A stretch of DNA of 64,000 nucleotides, taken from positions 1 through 64,000 of the forward strand of contig JAVECO010000001.1 of assembly GCA_051942205.1 (NCBI GenBank), given 5' to 3'. The position numbers and the translations under genes are program-made. This document shows positions 61,838 to 64,000 of the stretch, piece after piece. The first letter of the stretch is position 1. The number at the start of each line of letters is the position of its first letter. The notes beneath the pieces were generated by a model. The model searched no databases, was not told the DNA's origin, and saw only the letters and a program-made list of their open reading frames with translations. This DNA comes from Coniocarpon cinnabarinum. Its lineage: Eukaryota.

Positions 61838-63199
61838 TCAGCTAGCTTGAGTCTTCTTTCTGGCCTCCCCAGGTGCTTCTAGTTGCGGTGTAGCGCCTAT
61901 GGAAAATGTAGATGGATCAGTGCGGACATGAGGAAGCGGTGGCATCGGTCCTGCAGTGGACATTGGAATAGTTGGTTGACCTAAGTGTCCTGCAGGCTCC
62001 AGTGCAGGTGTGGCACCCACCGAGAAGACATCATTTTCAGGTATTGATGCCTTCCTCGCCAGGTCTTGAAATTCCGGTGTCCACGTCCCAGTCTTCTGCT
62101 TGCTCTTCTGTGGCGCGGACAGGGTGCTGGCTTCTGATGTGTTTCGTGTAACTGTAGCCGTCGTGTCTTCGGAGTAGCCACGGTTGTCGTTGAGATGTAC
62201 GGGTGACATTGAGCGCTGTGTTTGAGTGGTGGGTGGTGGCTGAGCGTGCCTGCTCTCGCGACTTCGTCCGTAGCGGTAGCGAGATGCGACGTCATTAGGG
62301 TAGGTGTAGCTTTCAAAGTCGAGGTCGTCGCCGTTCCCACACGGCATAGGCAAACCAAAGGATCTGCGAATACGGGGCCACACGACCAAGAACAATGGCC
62401 GCAATGTCATCATACAGGCCACCATTATAGCAATGGACGGCTCAATGCCTGTCCAGATCCATACATGATAACCAGTCCACGTCCAATCTGGTACGTAAGA
62501 ATTTGCGACTTCGACAGTGCGGATGATTCCAATGAAGATCGTAATGGCCGCAACGAAGAATACACTGCTGACAGCTAACTTGCGGCCGGTGCGCATCTTC
62601 AACTTCATCAACATAGGAAACGGTAGGACAAAGATAGATGCGTCAATCACAACATCCATGACGCCGATGAAAGTCCACGCTGCGACCAAGTTCCCGCAGT
62701 GGCCTTTAATGTGCGGATCCCAGTTGTACGCTAGAGGGTTGCAAGCCAGGTAGCCAACAAGAATTGTGATGATGGCCCAGCAACCAGACAAAATGCCGAG
62801 GCACAAACACGCGATCCGAAACGGTCGCATAGGAAATATTGTTGATAGTAGATAGCAGATGCTCATCTTCGTCAGACTGAGTGAAATTGGGTAGGCTGTC
62901 TCGCCCAAAAGAGTGAGTTTGCGGTTATTCTCCATGTACAAGGGGTCAATCGTCGTAGCGTGATAACCTTGACCGGCATAGAGGGCAGCGAGAACAACGC
63001 CAATAGCCATAGGCGTATACGTGATGAAGCCAGCCACGCAAAGCCAGTCCGAGGCTGTCAATCGCCGGCGAATGTACGAATTAGTGTAGAGTCGAAGACA
63101 TAGTAGCAGTGCGGCCAGGCCCCAGAAGACGAACGTCAGAATGATCGTGTTAACACCGCGCTCGCTAAGTAATATAGGGACATTTTCGAGGCCTCCCAT
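61838..63199 (-). CDS. Pth11-like integral membrane protein (fungal rhodopsin-domain GPCR candidate, no CFEM)
   Basis: LRLYT...SDW, TKMSIC, C.P..YNWD...GHC, DVVID..IFVLPFP and W..IEP...IMVACM, with about 7 hydrophobic segments. Confidence 0.9.
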   Translation of the reverse strand: MGGLENVPILLSERGVNTIILTFVFWGLAALLLCLRLYTNSYIRRRLTASDWLCVAGFITYTPMAIGVVLAALYAGQGYHATTIDPLYMENNRKLTLLGETAYPISLSLTKMSICYLLSTIFPMRPFRIACLCLGILSGCWAIITILVGYLACNPLAYNWDPHIKGHCGNLVAAWTFIGVMDVVIDASIFVLPFPMLMKLKMRTGRKLAVSSVFFVAAITIFIGIIRTVEVANSYVPDWTWTGYHVWIWTGIEPSIAIMVACMMTLRPLFLVVWPRIRRSFGLPMPCGNGDDLDFESYTYPNDVASRYRYGRSRESRHAQPPPTTQTQRSMSPVHLNDNRGYSEDTTATVTRNTSEASTLSAPQKSKQKTGTWTPEFQDLARKASIPENDVFSVGATPALEPAGHLGQPTIPMSTAGPMPPLPHVRTDPSTFSIGATPQLEAPGEARKKTQAS

Positions 63200-64000
63200 G
63201 GCTATTATCGCGAAGAAGCATGCCCAAGCGGATGATTTAATGGCTTTAGAAAATCATTGACACCAAGTAAAAGAGTGTAGATTGGCTGCAAAAGCCGAAT
63301 GATGTTAGTAGTACACGGTGCTAAGGATGATGGAAGTCGGAACAGGTGTGTATAATAGTCGACCTGACAATGACGTCGGCCTGCAGGCCTCGTCGAAGCA
63401 CCCCTGGCCTGTGCGCCGGCCGTTACAGCTCACAGGGTGCGCGCAGCGTGTTTGTGCTGAGATCTGGGCTGAGGATTGTGCTAAATGAGGCGCCACGCTA
63501 GAAGCATGCAGTGTCCGGGGAAGGCGAGAGCAAGGAACCCCAGTAACCGAAGCAATTTCCGGAGATCAATGGTGCGGGTTTTTGGACAGATGAGATACTG
63601 GCGTGGTCGAGATGTGGGGCCTCGCAGCTTTTGTGTGTCAGTCAGACAGGCAGTGTCTGGGGTAAGAATGGCTGGTCCAGGTGCACGGGGGAGATGACGA
63701 TGTTAGTGCGGCTGGAGGAGAGATGAAGACAACCGTGCAGGGGAAGGCCTCCCAAACGGACCACCAAGCAAGGGTAGAGAAGACGCGGGAGCCCTTCAAT
63801 CTGGCGATAATAGCTCTCTAAGAGCCGTCCTGCGCGAAGGAGGGCAAAGGTGGCTTTTTGAGAGATCGTGCTTGGGGGAGCCCCATCCATTTGCAATATT
63901 GTGCGCTCAGCGACGGCCTTGGGTTTCCAGGCTCCATACCTGAGCTATCTCGGGTCAACGAGGAGGAGTCCCGTCGCGTGTGACTGCGTGGATGTGCTGG

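Noticed and set aside
1..64000. tRNA, rRNA, CRISPR arrays, telomeric repeats and intact transposase or RT genes
   Set aside because: None were recognised by eye. A tRNA/Rfam/repeat-library scan would be needed to exclude small or divergent ones.

Overview
This is eukaryotic DNA from a filamentous ascomycete (Pezizomycotina), judged from short GT-AG introns with CTAAC/CTGAC branch sites and from Zn2Cys6, HET, Pth11-like and FlbC-type genes. About 25 protein-coding loci can be supported. Several of them are spliced and are only partly visible in the ORF track. The first ~2.65 kb is a 55-nt poly(A) run followed by a mosaic of degenerate duplicated segments with a RIP-like TpA-rich signature. Conserved genes follow: PRP16, a GPI-anchored Cys-rich protein, an alkyltransferase-like (ATL) gene, a Zn2Cys6 factor divergent from a hidden 80-aa microprotein, an alpha/beta-hydrolase, GH43, BUD13/CWC26, a Kelch protein and YIP1. 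At ~27.5-37.1 kb there is an accessory-looking island: a HeLo-like/ubiquitin-like/Zn-ribbon gene, an SDR, a disrupted HET-domain gene, a divergently transcribed atypical kinase and a probable BTB remnant. The rest holds conserved genes again: an NTF2-like protein, ENV7/STK16 kinase, FlbC, an Ost-alpha transporter, a Ctr copper transporter, a ZIP zinc transporter, BNA1 with a presequence-like extension, ORC3 with twin MCB boxes, a PPR protein, a Rossmann-fold protein and a Pth11-like receptor. I recognised no tRNA, rRNA, CRISPR array or intact transposase. All family assignments come from reading motifs by eye; no database searches were run.
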